Assembly (NCBI GenBank): GCA_963719225.1
Contig: CAVRAY010000001.1
Coordinates: 3,296,001-3,360,000, forward strand
Direction: 5' to 3'
Origin: Thermoanaerobaculia bacterium
GTDB lineage: Bacteria > Acidobacteriota > Thermoanaerobaculia > UBA5066
DNA: 64,000 nt
Part shown: positions 1 to 10,209 of the stretch, piece by piece
How the letters are laid out: the number at the start of each line of letters is the position of its first letter
How positions within the stretch are numbered: position 1 is the first letter of the stretch
Program-made: the position numbers and the translations under genes
The notes under the pieces: model-generated
Seen by the model: only the letters and a program-made list of their open reading frames with translations
Told to the model about the DNA's origin: nothing
Databases searched by the model: none

Positions 1-1393
1 CTTTCAGGGCGCGAGCCTGACCCGCGACGGCCGCTTCCTCTTCCTCGTGGTCTCGCACGGGTGGACGTCCCAGGACGTGTGGTTCCGCGATCTCGCCGCC
101 GACCCGAAGGCCACGGCCTGGACGCCGCTCGCGGTCGGGATCAAGGCTCATTTCGACATGGACGGTTTCGGCGGCAGGATCTTCGTCAAGACGGACGATG
201 GGGCGCCGAAGAGCCGAATCTTCTCGGTCGATCCCGCGAAGCCGGATCGGGCCTCCTGGAAAGAGATCGTGCCGGAGCGCAAGGACGCGACGCTGGAGGG
301 ATTCTGGGTGCTCGGCGGCCGCCTCGCCCTGGCCTACCTGAAGAGCGCCACGAGCCTCCTCGAGATCCACGAGATCGACGGAGCTCTCGTCCGCGACGTT
401 CCGCTCCCCGGCATCGGGACGGTCGGCGGTCTCGCGGGTCGGGACGACGAGGACGAAGCCTACTTCTCGTTCACGTCGTTCACGACGCCCCTGACGATCT
501 ACAAGACGTCCCTCAAGACGGGCACGACGTCCCTCCATTTCCAGGTCAAGGTGCCCGCCGATCTCAGTCCTTACATGGTGTCACAGGTGTTCTACCCCTC
601 GAAGGACGGGACGCGCATCTCGATGTTCGTCGTCCATCGCAAGGATCTCGTGCGCGACGGCTCGGCCCGGTGCCTGCTCGAGGGGTATGGGGGCTTCCTG
701 ATCTCCGAAACGCCGAAGTTCACGTCCGGCGTCATTCCATGGCTCGAGAAGGGAGGCATCTACGCGGTCCCGAATCTGCGCGGCGGAGGCGAGTACGGCG
801 AAGCCTGGCACGAGTCCGGGATGCTGCTCAAGAAGCAGAACGTCTTCGACGACTTCGCGGCGGCCGCCGCGTATCTCGAGAAGGAGAAATGGACCTCCTC
901 CGAGCGCCTGGTGCTCCGGGGCGGCTCGAACGGCGGGCTCCTGCTGGGCGCGATGATCACGCAGCACCCCGAGCTCTTCCGGGTCGCCCTGTGCGGCGTG
1001 CCGCTCCTCGACATGGTGCGATACCACCTCTTCGGCTCGGGCAAGACGTGGATCTCCGAATACGGCTCGGCGGACGACGCGGCGCAGTTCCGGGCGCTCC
1101 TCGCCTACTCGCCGTACCAGCACGTGAAGCCCGGGACGAAGTACCCGTCCGTCCTCCTCCTCTCGGCCGACAGCGACGATCGCGTGGACCCGATGCACGC
1201 GCGCAAGTTCGCGGCCGCGCTGCAGGCGGCGTCCAAGGGCGGACCCGTTCTCCTCAGGATCGAGAGGCACGCCGGCCACGGCGGGGCGGATCTCGTGAAG
1301 TCGGCGGTCGCCTCGCGGGCGGACGAATACGCGTTCGCGCTCTCCGAGACGGAGGCCCCGACCGTCGAGGCCCCGGAGACGCCGAAGCACTGA
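1..1393 (+). CDS. Prolyl oligopeptidase (S9A), 5' end outside window
   Basis: GGSNGG nucleophile motif, DDRV Asp, GHG His, [17 protein letters not shown]; frame is open from the window edge. Confidence 0.93.
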   Translation, partial: FQGASLTRDGRFLFLVVSHGWTSQDVWFRDLAADPKATAWTPLAVGIKAHFDMDGFGGRIFVKTDDGAPKSRIFSVDPAKPDRASWKEIVPERKDATLEGFWVLGGRLALAYLKSATSLLEIHEIDGALVRDVPLPGIGTVGGLAGRDDEDEAYFSFTSFTTPLTIYKTSLKTGTTSLHFQVKVPADLSPYMVSQVFYPSKDGTRISMFVVHRKDLVRDGSARCLLEGYGGFLISETPKFTSGVIPWLEKGGIYAVPNLRGGGEYGEAWHESGMLLKKQNVFDDFAAAAAYLEKEKWTSSERLVLRGGSNGGLLLGAMITQHPELFRVALCGVPLLDMVRYHLFGSGKTWISEYGSADDAAQFRALLAYSPYQHVKPGTKYPSVLLLSADSDDRVDPMHARKFAAALQAASKGGPVLLRIERHAGHGGADLVKSAVASRADEYAFALSETEAPTVEAPETPKH

Positions 1394-1395
1394 GG

Positions 1396-3024
1396 ATGGC
1401 CGAACCCTCGCGGACGCTCGCCGCCGAGGCCGCGCGCCGGCGCACCTTCGCGATCATTTCGCACCCGGACGCGGGCAAGACGACGCTCACGGAGAAGATG
1501 CTCCTCTACGGCGGCGCGATCCATCTCGCGGGCTCGGTGAAGATGCGCCGGAACGCGAGCCGCCACACCACGAGCGACTGGATGGAGCTGGAACGGCAGC
1601 GCGGGATCTCGATCACGACGAGCGTCCTGCAGTTCCCGTACGCGGGCCACCACGTGAACCTCCTCGACACGCCGGGCCACAACGACTTCTCCGAGGACAC
1701 GTACCGCACGCTCGCCGCGGCCGACGCGGCGGTGATGCTCATCGACAGCGCGAAAGGCGTCGAGCCCCAGACGATCAAGCTCTTCGAGGTCTGCCGCATG
1801 CGGCGGATCCCGATCGTCACGTTCATGAACAAGCTCGACCGCGCGGGCATGGGACCGCTCGACCTCATGGACGAAATCGAGCGCGTCCTCGGCATCCCGT
1901 GCCATCCCGTGACCTGGCCGATCGGCTCGGGTCCGGACTTCAAGGGTGTCTACGACCGCTGGGCGAAAACCCTCCTCAGCTACGAACGCGGGGACGGCCA
2001 CCGCGGCGAGCGCGTCGTGCCCGTCGAGGTGGCGTCGATCGACGACCCTCAGTTCGTCTCGGCGATCGGCGAGAAGGCGCACGCGACGCTTCGCGAGGAG
2101 CTGGACCTTCTCGCCACGGCGGGCAACCGCTTCGACCGCGAGACGTTCCTCGAGGGCGGTGTCACGCCGGTCTTCTTCGGGAGCGCGATCAACGACTTCG
2201 GCGTCGAGCCGTTCCTGAAGAGGTTCCTCGAGCTCGCGCCGGCGCCCCTGCCGCGCAAGACCACGACGGGCGAGGTAGATCCCCTCTCCCCGACCTTCTC
2301 CGGATTCGTTTTCAAGATCCAGGCGAACATGGATCCTGCGCACCGCGACCGGGTCGCGTTCGTGCGCATCGTTTCCGGAAAATTCACGCGAGGCATGGAA
2401 GTCCTGAATCCGCGCACCGGCCGCACGCTCAAGCTCGCGAAGCCGCTGCAGTTCCTCGCGCAGGAACGGACGCTCATCGAGGAGGCATGGGCCGGCGACA
2501 TCCTCGGGCTCTGGGACGCGGGAAACCTGCGCATCGGCGACTCGCTTGCCGAAGGGCCGGGGATCGAGTTCGAAGGCATCCCGCGCTTCTCGCCCGAGTT
2601 CTTCAACCGGGTCGTCATGCTCGATCCTGCCAGGAGGAAGCAGCTCAAGAAGGGGCTCGACCAGCTTTCCGAGGAAGGCGCCGTCCAGGTCTTTCTCGAC
2701 CCTGAACGCCTCGAGCGCGATCCCGTTCTCGGGGCTGTGGGCGTCCTGCAGTTCGAGGTCATCCAGCACCGCCTTCGCTCGGAGTACGGCGCCGAGATCT
2801 CGTACGCAAGGCTCCCGTTCACGCTCGCGCGCTGGGTGGAAGGAGAAGGCTTCGACCGCAAGCGCTTCGACGATCCGCCGAGCGTCGCCTGCCTCGTGGA
2901 CCTCGAGGGGCGACCTCTCGCCCTCTTCCAGAGCCCGTGGCACCTCGAGCGCGCCGAGCGGGAGAACCCGAACCTGCGCTTCATCGCGGCCGTCCAGCCC
3001 GGGCGCGCGCGAGCCTCGGCGTAA
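1396..3024 (+). CDS. prfC: Peptide chain release factor 3
   Basis: RRTFAIISHPDAGKTTLTEK, DTPGH, NKLD, FKIQANMDPAHRDR; ATG 2 nt after the upstream TGA. Confidence 0.97.
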   Translation: MAEPSRTLAAEAARRRTFAIISHPDAGKTTLTEKMLLYGGAIHLAGSVKMRRNASRHTTSDWMELERQRGISITTSVLQFPYAGHHVNLLDTPGHNDFSEDTYRTLAAADAAVMLIDSAKGVEPQTIKLFEVCRMRRIPIVTFMNKLDRAGMGPLDLMDEIERVLGIPCHPVTWPIGSGPDFKGVYDRWAKTLLSYERGDGHRGERVVPVEVASIDDPQFVSAIGEKAHATLREELDLLATAGNRFDRETFLEGGVTPVFFGSAINDFGVEPFLKRFLELAPAPLPRKTTTGEVDPLSPTFSGFVFKIQANMDPAHRDRVAFVRIVSGKFTRGMEVLNPRTGRTLKLAKPLQFLAQERTLIEEAWAGDILGLWDAGNLRIGDSLAEGPGIEFEGIPRFSPEFFNRVVMLDPARRKQLKKGLDQLSEEGAVQVFLDPERLERDPVLGAVGVLQFEVIQHRLRSEYGAEISYARLPFTLARWVEGEGFDRKRFDDPPSVACLVDLEGRPLALFQSPWHLERAERENPNLRFIAAVQPGRARASA

Positions 3025-5244
3025 ATGACGCGGAGGAGGCGCTGGGCGGCCACCGTGGCGGCCGCGGCTTTCGCCGCTCTCGGCATCTGGCTCTTCGAGA
3101 ACGCCTCGCTCCCGCGCCTGCGCGCCGAGTTCATCCCGTGGATGCACCGGCTCGAGCATTATCGCGACGCGCTCGAGAAGACACGCGAGGCCCTTCGGAC
3201 GCCCGAGGCCCGGCCAGGAGAGCCCGAAGGCATCGCGGCGCTCCGCGCATGGGCGTGGAAGGACCTCGACCGCGTCGCGCTCGTGTCCTTCGATGTCGAA
3301 GGAAAACCAGAGATCAAGAGGAAGAAAGAGAAAGACAAAGATTTCTTAGAAGTATGGGAGCTCAGGGGGACGGCGACGTTCGTCGTGGATGGGTTTCGCG
3401 CGGACGGGGCACGCGTGGAGAGATCTGCTTTGGTTGCGCTGCGGCTGGCCAATGCGGATACGCCCGAGGGTGGCCCTCTTACCTTCTCAGCAAATCTTCT
3501 TTCTTCGATTTCCGAGCGAAGCGAGCAGAATCCGCGCTTTCACGACGCGACGCTCGCGGCGGGGCTCGGCGCGCCGCGCCGCGACCCGCCGCAGAAGCTC
3601 ACGAACCGGCTCATCGACGGGATCTGGCCGGGCTCGGGTGTCGCGGTCCTGGACTTCGATCAGGACGGCAACGAGGACCTCTTCGTGGGCGACGGCATTC
3701 GCTCGATCCTCTACCACAACGACGGCCAGGGTCGCTTTACCGACGTGACAGAGCGTGCGCACCTCGCGTCGTCGTCCTCTGCGGGCATTCCGGCGACGGG
3801 CGTCGCCGCGGGCGACGCGGACGGCGACGGCTATCCGGATCTCCTCGTCACGGACGCCTTCGGTCCGACGCGGCTCTTCCGGAACCGGCGCGACGGCACC
3901 TTCGAGGAGATCACGGCTTCCTCGGGCATCGTCACCGAGGGACCCACGCGTTCGGCCGCTTTCGCGGACGTGAACGGCGACGGCAATCTCGACCTCTTCG
4001 TCTGCGGGACCGGCGATTACTACGGTCAGATGCCCGACCCTCCGTTCGACGCGAACGACGGCCGCCGCAACTTCCTCTTTCTGGGGAACGGCAAAGGCCA
4101 TTTCCTCGACGTCTCCGAGGCGTGGGGCATCGCGAAGCCCACGCGCTGGTCGCTCTCGTGCCTCTTCGCGGACTTCGACGGGGATGGGCGACCCGACCTG
4201 ATCGTCACGAACGATTTCGGCCTGAAGAACCTCTACCGCAACGTCGACGGGAAGCGCTTCGAGGACGTGACGAAGAAGCTCGGCGTCGAGGACCGCGGCT
4301 ACGGGATGTCGGCTGCGTGGGGCGACTTCGACGGCGACGGCCGCGTCGACCTCTACACGACCGGCACGTACACGCAGTGGGGTTTCCTGCACGAGTACCC
4401 GGGGCTCCCGGTGCCGCTTCCCGGCCGGATCTTCCGGCCTATCGCGATCTCGTGGATGGAGAAGATGTGCCGCGGCAACTCCGTCCTCCTCCAGAGGGCG
4501 AAGGGTTCCTTCGAAGATGCGACGGCGCGCTCCGCCGCGGGCCGCGCGGGCTGGAATTGGAGCGTCGCCCCGGCCGATCTCGACAACGACGGCAGCCTCG
4601 ACCTCTACGCCACGAACGGCATGTGGGACGACGGCCGCGCGCACGACCGCGAGCTGGAGTTCTGGTGGGAGACGCTCGCGTACTGGGACGACTACATCGG
4701 TATGAAAAAGACGTTCGACCGGAATGGCGCGGGCGTTCAGGGTATCGAGCGCGACGCGTACTTCGTCAACCGGGGGCCGGGAAAGAATCCGCTCTTCATC
4801 GAGCGGGCCTTCCTCGACGGGCTCGAGCTTCAGACGAACGGACGCGCCGTGGTGGCGTTCGACGCGAACGGCGACGGGGCGCTGGATCTCTATGTCCGCT
4901 CCGTCCAGGCGCCCGAGGCGCTCTTCCTCGGGAGCCGGAAGGACGCCGGCGCGGAACACTTCCTCCGGCTTCGCCTCAGGGGGACGCGCGGAAAGGACAA
5001 TGCCGACGGTCTCGGCGTCCGGGTGACGGCGACGCTGGCCGACGGCCGCGTCCTCGTGCGCGAGAGCGGTTACGCGAGCGGCTACCTGTCCACCGGGAGT
5101 CCCGTTCTCCATCTGGGCCTCGGGCGGGCGGCGCGCGTCGAGAGGCTCGTCCTCAAGTGGCCCTCGGGCTTCGTGCAGGACCTCGGCAGCGTCGCGGCCG
5201 TCGACCGGACTCTCGTCGTGGACGAGGCAGGCGGAATCCGGTAA
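3025..5244 (+). CDS. CRTAC1/ASPIC-UnbV family FG-GAP repeat protein with N-terminal anchor
   Basis: Repeated DFDGDGxxDL-type FG-GAP motifs; C-terminal SGYLS...LHLGLG...V...WPSG (UnbV-like); hydrophobic N-terminus. Confidence 0.85.
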   Translation: MTRRRRWAATVAAAAFAALGIWLFENASLPRLRAEFIPWMHRLEHYRDALEKTREALRTPEARPGEPEGIAALRAWAWKDLDRVALVSFDVEGKPEIKRKKEKDKDFLEVWELRGTATFVVDGFRADGARVERSALVALRLANADTPEGGPLTFSANLLSSISERSEQNPRFHDATLAAGLGAPRRDPPQKLTNRLIDGIWPGSGVAVLDFDQDGNEDLFVGDGIRSILYHNDGQGRFTDVTERAHLASSSSAGIPATGVAAGDADGDGYPDLLVTDAFGPTRLFRNRRDGTFEEITASSGIVTEGPTRSAAFADVNGDGNLDLFVCGTGDYYGQMPDPPFDANDGRRNFLFLGNGKGHFLDVSEAWGIAKPTRWSLSCLFADFDGDGRPDLIVTNDFGLKNLYRNVDGKRFEDVTKKLGVEDRGYGMSAAWGDFDGDGRVDLYTTGTYTQWGFLHEYPGLPVPLPGRIFRPIAISWMEKMCRGNSVLLQRAKGSFEDATARSAAGRAGWNWSVAPADLDNDGSLDLYATNGMWDDGRAHDRELEFWWETLAYWDDYIGMKKTFDRNGAGVQGIERDAYFVNRGPGKNPLFIERAFLDGLELQTNGRAVVAFDANGDGALDLYVRSVQAPEALFLGSRKDAGAEHFLRLRLRGTRGKDNADGLGVRVTATLADGRVLVRESGYASGYLSTGSPVLHLGLGRAARVERLVLKWPSGFVQDLGSVAAVDRTLVVDEAGGIR

Positions 5245-5254
5245 CTTCCGGGCC

Positions 5255-6880
5255 GTGACCGAGACTTCATCTCAGGCATCTCTCGCGTTCGACGTCGTCG
5301 TCGTCGGGGGCGCGATCGCGGGCGCCTCGACGGCCGTCCTCCTCCGCCGCCGCATGCCGGGTGTGAAGATCCTCGTCGTCGAGAAGAGCGCGGCTTTCGA
5401 CTGGAAGGTCGGTGAGTCGACCGTCGAGATCTCAGCCTATTTCCTCACGCGCGAGCTGAAGATTTACGACCACCTCTCGCGCGAGCAGCTCCCAAAGCAG
5501 GCCTTCCGGTACTGGTTTCACAACGAGAAGGTCTCGTGCCTGAGGGAAGCCTCGGAGACCGGCCCCACGCAGCTCGCCCGCACGCCGTCGTTCCAGCTCG
5601 ACCGGCAGAAGCTCGACGAGCACGTGATCTCTCTCGCAGCGCAGGAAGGCGCCGAGGTCTGGCGCCCCGCGAAGGTCGTGGACGTTGCGCTGAACGGCGA
5701 GGCCGGCAACACGCTCGTCGTCGAGAAGGCCGACGGCACGCGTGCGACCGTTTCCTGCAAGTGGGTCGTGGACGCGACCGGCAGGCAGGCGATGCTGGCA
5801 CGCAAGCGCGGCGGCCTGACGCCGATCGAAACACATCCGACGGCCGCGATCTGGGTCCGCTACCGCGGCGTGACGGACATGGACGGCGTCGAGATCGCGG
5901 GAAAAGACTCGTCCGATCCCTTTCATCGAGCCGTCCTCACGGCCCGACGCCTCGCGACGAATCACTTCACGGGCTGGGGCTACTGGATCTGGTTCATCCC
6001 GCTCCAAGGCGGGGAGACGAGCGTCGGCCTCGTCTGGGACACGCGTCTCGTTCAGCCGGAGGGCGCGACGCCGCTCGAGAAGCTAACGCGCTTCCTCGAC
6101 GCGAACCCGCTGACGAAGGAGCTGCTCACGAGGGCCGAGCCGATCGCGGACGACTGCCGCATGTACGGCCACCTCCCCTACGTCGTCGACGAGTTCGTCG
6201 GTCCGGGCTGGACGTGCGTGGGCGACGCCGGCGGCTTCCTCGATCCCTTCTATTCGCCCGGCCTCGACCAGATGGCGTTCTCGGTGTACTCGCGCGTCGG
6301 GCTCATCCAGAAGGCGCTCTCGGGCGAGTCCGCGGACGAGATGGCGAAGGAGTACGAGCTTCACAACAAACGGTACGCCCGTTACTTCACGTACTTCTAC
6401 GAGGCCATCTTCCGCGACAAGTATTACGTCATGGGCGACTACGACACCATGACGACCGCGTTCCTGATGGACACCGCGCTCTACTACCTCGCGGCCGTCA
6501 TCCCGGTCTACAAGTGGTCGTCCGAGCGCCTCGGCCTGCCGCCGTACTACCAGGACGGCTCCGAGATCGCGTTCTACCCGATGCGCTTCTACAACAGGCG
6601 TCTCGTCGCGATCGCGAAGAGGAAGAAGGCTCTCGGGATCTACGGGAATCACAATGCCCGGAGACGTCCCGGGTTCGTCGGCTTCTCCGTCCGCGGCGCG
6701 AGCTGGGTGATGCTCGCGCACGGCCTCCTGCGCTGGGCGAAGGCGGAGATCGCGAACGCGTGGTCGTATCTCGTCAAGCCGGTGCCGGTCGGCGGGCCGG
6801 CCCCGAACCTGCCGCCGAAAGGCCGCGCTCCGGCCTCCGTGCCTCAGATGGTGAAACCCGCCTCGGCGGACAGCGCCTGA
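5255..6880 (+). CDS. Flavin-dependent halogenase (PltA/CmlS-like)
   Basis: GGAIAG FAD motif, KVGES, conserved Lys in LPKQ, WIWFIP (WxWxIP), FLDPFYSPG (FxxPxxSxG). Confidence 0.8.
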   Translation: MTETSSQASLAFDVVVVGGAIAGASTAVLLRRRMPGVKILVVEKSAAFDWKVGESTVEISAYFLTRELKIYDHLSREQLPKQAFRYWFHNEKVSCLREASETGPTQLARTPSFQLDRQKLDEHVISLAAQEGAEVWRPAKVVDVALNGEAGNTLVVEKADGTRATVSCKWVVDATGRQAMLARKRGGLTPIETHPTAAIWVRYRGVTDMDGVEIAGKDSSDPFHRAVLTARRLATNHFTGWGYWIWFIPLQGGETSVGLVWDTRLVQPEGATPLEKLTRFLDANPLTKELLTRAEPIADDCRMYGHLPYVVDEFVGPGWTCVGDAGGFLDPFYSPGLDQMAFSVYSRVGLIQKALSGESADEMAKEYELHNKRYARYFTYFYEAIFRDKYYVMGDYDTMTTAFLMDTALYYLAAVIPVYKWSSERLGLPPYYQDGSEIAFYPMRFYNRRLVAIAKRKKALGIYGNHNARRRPGFVGFSVRGASWVMLAHGLLRWAKAEIANAWSYLVKPVPVGGPAPNLPPKGRAPASVPQMVKPASADSA

Positions 6881-6885
6881 CCCTG

Positions 6886-7632
6886 GTGAAGCGTCTTCTG
6901 CCCTTTTCCGCGACGGCGGCGCTGCTGGCCGTCTGGTTCCTCGCGGCCCGCCGGCAGACCTCGGGCCTCTTCCCGGATCCTCTCCAGGTCGTCGCCGGAC
7001 TCGGCGAGCTGCTCTCGAAAGGTCTCCTCGCGAAATACGTCGTCGCGTCGCTCTTCCGCGTGACCTGGGGCTACTCGCTCGCCGTCGTCACGGCGATCCC
7101 GCTCGGGCTCCTCCTCGGCTGGTACCGCCGGGGAGAGTGGGCGCTGAATCCCATCCTCCAGCTCATCCGCCCGATCTCCCCGCTCGCCTGGATCCCGATC
7201 TCGATCCTCTGGTTCGGCGTCGGGGACATGGCCGCGATCTTCCTCATCTACCTCGCGTCGTCCCTGCCCCTCGTCGTCGCGGCAATGAACGCCGTCCGCA
7301 ACGTGCCCGCGACTCTTCTGAACGCCGGGCGCAATTTCGGCCTGTCGGATCGGCGGCTCCTCCGCGACGTCATCCTGCCGGCCGCGCTCCCGCAGCTCAT
7401 CGTCGCGCTGAGGATCTCCCTCGGCGTCGCGTGGCTCGTCGTCGTCGCCGCCGAGATGATCGCCGTCAACTCGGGACTCGGATTCCTCATCGTGGACGCT
7501 CGAAACGCCGGGAACCGGTACGACCTCGTCGTCGCCGGAATGGTCATGATCGGCCTCATCGGCCTGGTCCTCGACACGGCGATGCGCCGCCTCGAGAGGA
7601 TGAAGGCGCTCCGCTGGGGGTACGGGGCGTGA
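6886..7632 (+). CDS. NitT/TauT-family ABC transporter permease
   Basis: RPISPLAWIP, AALPQ...LRI.LG.AW..VVAAEM; hydrophobic; GTG start inferred. Confidence 0.9.
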   Translation: MKRLLPFSATAALLAVWFLAARRQTSGLFPDPLQVVAGLGELLSKGLLAKYVVASLFRVTWGYSLAVVTAIPLGLLLGWYRRGEWALNPILQLIRPISPLAWIPISILWFGVGDMAAIFLIYLASSLPLVVAAMNAVRNVPATLLNAGRNFGLSDRRLLRDVILPAALPQLIVALRISLGVAWLVVVAAEMIAVNSGLGFLIVDARNAGNRYDLVVAGMVMIGLIGLVLDTAMRRLERMKALRWGYGA

Positions 7633-8387
7633 CGCCGCCGCCGAAGGTCTCGATCCGCGACGTCTCGATGCGCTTCGGGACGGACGGCGCGCCCATCGAG
7701 GTGCTCTCGTCCATCTCCCTCGACGTTCAGGACGGCGAATTCGTCTGCATCCTCGGACCCTCGGGCTGCGGGAAGTCCACGCTCCTGAACATCGTCGGCG
7801 GCTTCCTCGAAGTGTCGGCCGGCACGGTCCTCATCGACGGGCAGAAGGTCGCCGGTCCGGATGCCCGTCGGATCTTCGTCTTCCAGGAGCGGGGCGTCTT
7901 CCCGTGGCTCACGGTGAACGGCAACGTCGGCTTCGGCCTCTTCGCCCTCGGCGAGAAGCAGCGCGCCGACCGCATCGCCCACTACGTCAAGCTCGTCGGG
8001 CTCTCGGGCTTCGAGAACGCGTACCCGCAGGAGCTGTCCGGCGGAATGAAACAGCGGCTCGAGGTCGCGCGCGCGCTCGCCGTGAACCCGGACGTCCTCT
8101 TCCTGGACGAGCCCTTCGGCGCGCTCGACTCGATCACGCGCCTCGTCATGCGCAGCGAGCTCCTGCGGATCCGACGCGCCGAGAAGAAGACGATTCTCTT
8201 CGTGACGCACGACATCGACGAGTCCGTCCAGCTCGCGGACCGCGTCGTCGTCATGTCGACGCGCCCGGCGTCGATCCGCCGGATCGTGGAGATCGACATG
8301 CCGCACCCGCGGGACCTCAGCTCCCCGCGGTACATCGAGCTCCGCGACCTCCTCCTCGGGGAGATCGGCCTTGCCCACCAGGTCTGA
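7629..8387 (+). CDS. NitT/TauT-family ABC transporter ATP-binding protein
   Basis: GPSGCGKST, LSGGMKQR, LDEPFGALD, VTHD; GTGA overlap with the permease. Confidence 0.93.
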   Translation: MTPPPKVSIRDVSMRFGTDGAPIEVLSSISLDVQDGEFVCILGPSGCGKSTLLNIVGGFLEVSAGTVLIDGQKVAGPDARRIFVFQERGVFPWLTVNGNVGFGLFALGEKQRADRIAHYVKLVGLSGFENAYPQELSGGMKQRLEVARALAVNPDVLFLDEPFGALDSITRLVMRSELLRIRRAEKKTILFVTHDIDESVQLADRVVVMSTRPASIRRIVEIDMPHPRDLSSPRYIELRDLLLGEIGLAHQV

Positions 8388-9147
8388 CACCGAGCGCGTC
8401 CTCCTGCCCCTCGGCACGGCGGTTATCGCCGTCCTCCTCTGGTCGCTCGCCGTGACGGTCAGCCACACGACGGTCTTCCCGTCGCCGTGGAAAGTCCTCG
8501 CCGGCCTGAAGGAGCTCGCGGACCGGGGCGTCCTCTGGGGCTACGTCGCCGACTCGCTCCGGCGCGTCGCGTCCGGGTACGTCCTTGCGCTCGTCCTCGG
8601 CATTCCGGCGGGCCTCGCGCTCGGCTGGCACCCGAACCTCGCCTCGGCGTTCAACCCCGTGATCCAGATGGCCCGCCCGATCAGCCCGCTCGCATGGATG
8701 CCGCTCGCGATCCTGTGGTTCGGCGTATCGGAGGCGGCACCGGGCTTCCTGATCTTCCTCGGCGCCTTTTTTCCCATCGTCGTCGCCTCGATGAACGGAG
8801 TCCGCAGCGTGCCCGCGATGTGCCTCCAGGCCGGCCGCAACTTCGGCCTTTCGACGCCGCGGCTCCTCGCGCGCGTCGTCTTCCCGGCGGCGCTCCCGCA
8901 GATCCTCGTCGGCCTGAGGATCGCGCTCGGCATCGCGTGGATCGTCGTCGTCGCCGCTGAGATGATCGCCGTCGACTCCGGCCTCGGCTACCTCATCATC
9001 GACTCGCGAAACGCGGGCAAGCGCTACGATCTCGTCGTGGCGGGGATGCTTCTCATCGGCGTCATCGGTCTCGTCCTGGACACCCTCGCCCGCAGGCTCG
9101 AGCGGCTCCGGATGGTGCGCTGGGGCTTCCAGGCGGAGACGTCATGA
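8371..9147 (+). CDS. Second NitT/TauT-family ABC permease
   Basis: Paralog of 6886-7632 (RPISPLAWMP, AAEMIA). Confidence 0.9.
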   Translation: MPTRSDTERVLLPLGTAVIAVLLWSLAVTVSHTTVFPSPWKVLAGLKELADRGVLWGYVADSLRRVASGYVLALVLGIPAGLALGWHPNLASAFNPVIQMARPISPLAWMPLAILWFGVSEAAPGFLIFLGAFFPIVVASMNGVRSVPAMCLQAGRNFGLSTPRLLARVVFPAALPQILVGLRIALGIAWIVVVAAEMIAVDSGLGYLIIDSRNAGKRYDLVVAGMLLIGVIGLVLDTLARRLERLRMVRWGFQAETS

Positions 9148-10202
9148 CCCCACCGAAGCGCATCGCCCTCGGCGTCGGAGCCTGGCTCCTCGTCGTCACG
9201 GCGCTCCACTTGGTCCTCAACGTGAACTGGGTCGTTCTCGCGAACGACCTCGTCTCGCCCGAGAAGCGCAAGCTCAACGTCGCCTACATCCCGGTCACCT
9301 GCCACCTCGCCTGCCCCGTGACGGACTACATCTCGAAGTTCTCCGAGGGCGGCGAGCTCTTCGTCCCGCGCATGTTCCAGGGCTTCCCGGAGATCAAGGA
9401 GGCCCTCATCGCGAACAAGATGCAGGCGGCGTTCATCGTCGCGCCGATGGCGATCGCGCTCAAGGCGCAGGGCGTCGGGATCCGGATCGTCTACCTCGGG
9501 CATCGCTACGGGAGCGCCGTCGTCGTGAGGAAGGACGGTCCCGTGAAGACGTTTCCCGATCTCAAGGGGCGGACGATCGCGGTGCCGAGCCGGTACTCGG
9601 ACGAGCGGCTCATCGTGTTCCGCGTCCTCAAGAAGTACGGCATGAAACCGGAGGATCTGAAGATCGTCGAGATGGCTCCGCCGGACGTCACGGGCGCGCT
9701 CGCGGCACGGGCCATCGACGCGTTTTCCATGGGCGAGCCGTTCCCCTCCCAGGCCGAGATCGGCGGATACGGCCGCGTCCTCTTTCATGCCCGCGAGCAC
9801 TGGCCGGACTACATGTCGTGCGTCCTCGTGGTCCGCGAGGAGGTCATCGCCTCCCGCCCAGCGGCCGTCCAGACGCTCGTCGACGGAATCGCGCGGTCGG
9901 GGCTCTGGCTGGAGGAGGGGAAGCCGCACCGCGACCACGCCGCGGATTTCGTGGGCCGCTTCTATTACAACCAGAATCCGAAGATCCTGCGTTGGGCACT
10001 GACGAACCCGCTCGACCGCGTCATGTACACGCCGCTCTCCCCGCGCAAGGCGGACTTCGACCTCGTGCGCGACCTCATGATCGAGACGGGAGTTCTCGAC
10101 CGGAAAATCGAGTTCGAGGAGTACGTCGACACCCGATTTGCCGAGGGCGCGAAAGAGCAGGTCGCCTGGCGCTACGAGGCCGGCGCGAACGAGGCGCGCT
10201 GA
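9144..10202 (+). CDS. ABC transporter substrate-binding protein (NMT1/SsuA/NrtA-like)
   Basis: DLKGRTIAVP, GEPFP, SCVLVVRE; N-terminal TM; ATGA overlap; CHLAC motif. Confidence 0.85.
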   Translation: MTPPKRIALGVGAWLLVVTALHLVLNVNWVVLANDLVSPEKRKLNVAYIPVTCHLACPVTDYISKFSEGGELFVPRMFQGFPEIKEALIANKMQAAFIVAPMAIALKAQGVGIRIVYLGHRYGSAVVVRKDGPVKTFPDLKGRTIAVPSRYSDERLIVFRVLKKYGMKPEDLKIVEMAPPDVTGALAARAIDAFSMGEPFPSQAEIGGYGRVLFHAREHWPDYMSCVLVVREEVIASRPAAVQTLVDGIARSGLWLEEGKPHRDHAADFVGRFYYNQNPKILRWALTNPLDRVMYTPLSPRKADFDLVRDLMIETGVLDRKIEFEEYVDTRFAEGAKEQVAWRYEAGANEAR

Positions 10203-10209
10203 GGGCTGT

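Noticed and set aside
61-1395. Long 5' extension of the prfC ORF (987 aa) and similar extensions of other ORFs
   Set aside because: Arg/Pro-rich off-frame read-through over real genes, typical of high GC; true starts are internal
1-6880. Prolyl oligopeptidase plus halogenase as a RiPP cluster
   Set aside because: No precursor peptide seen, and housekeeping prfC lies between them
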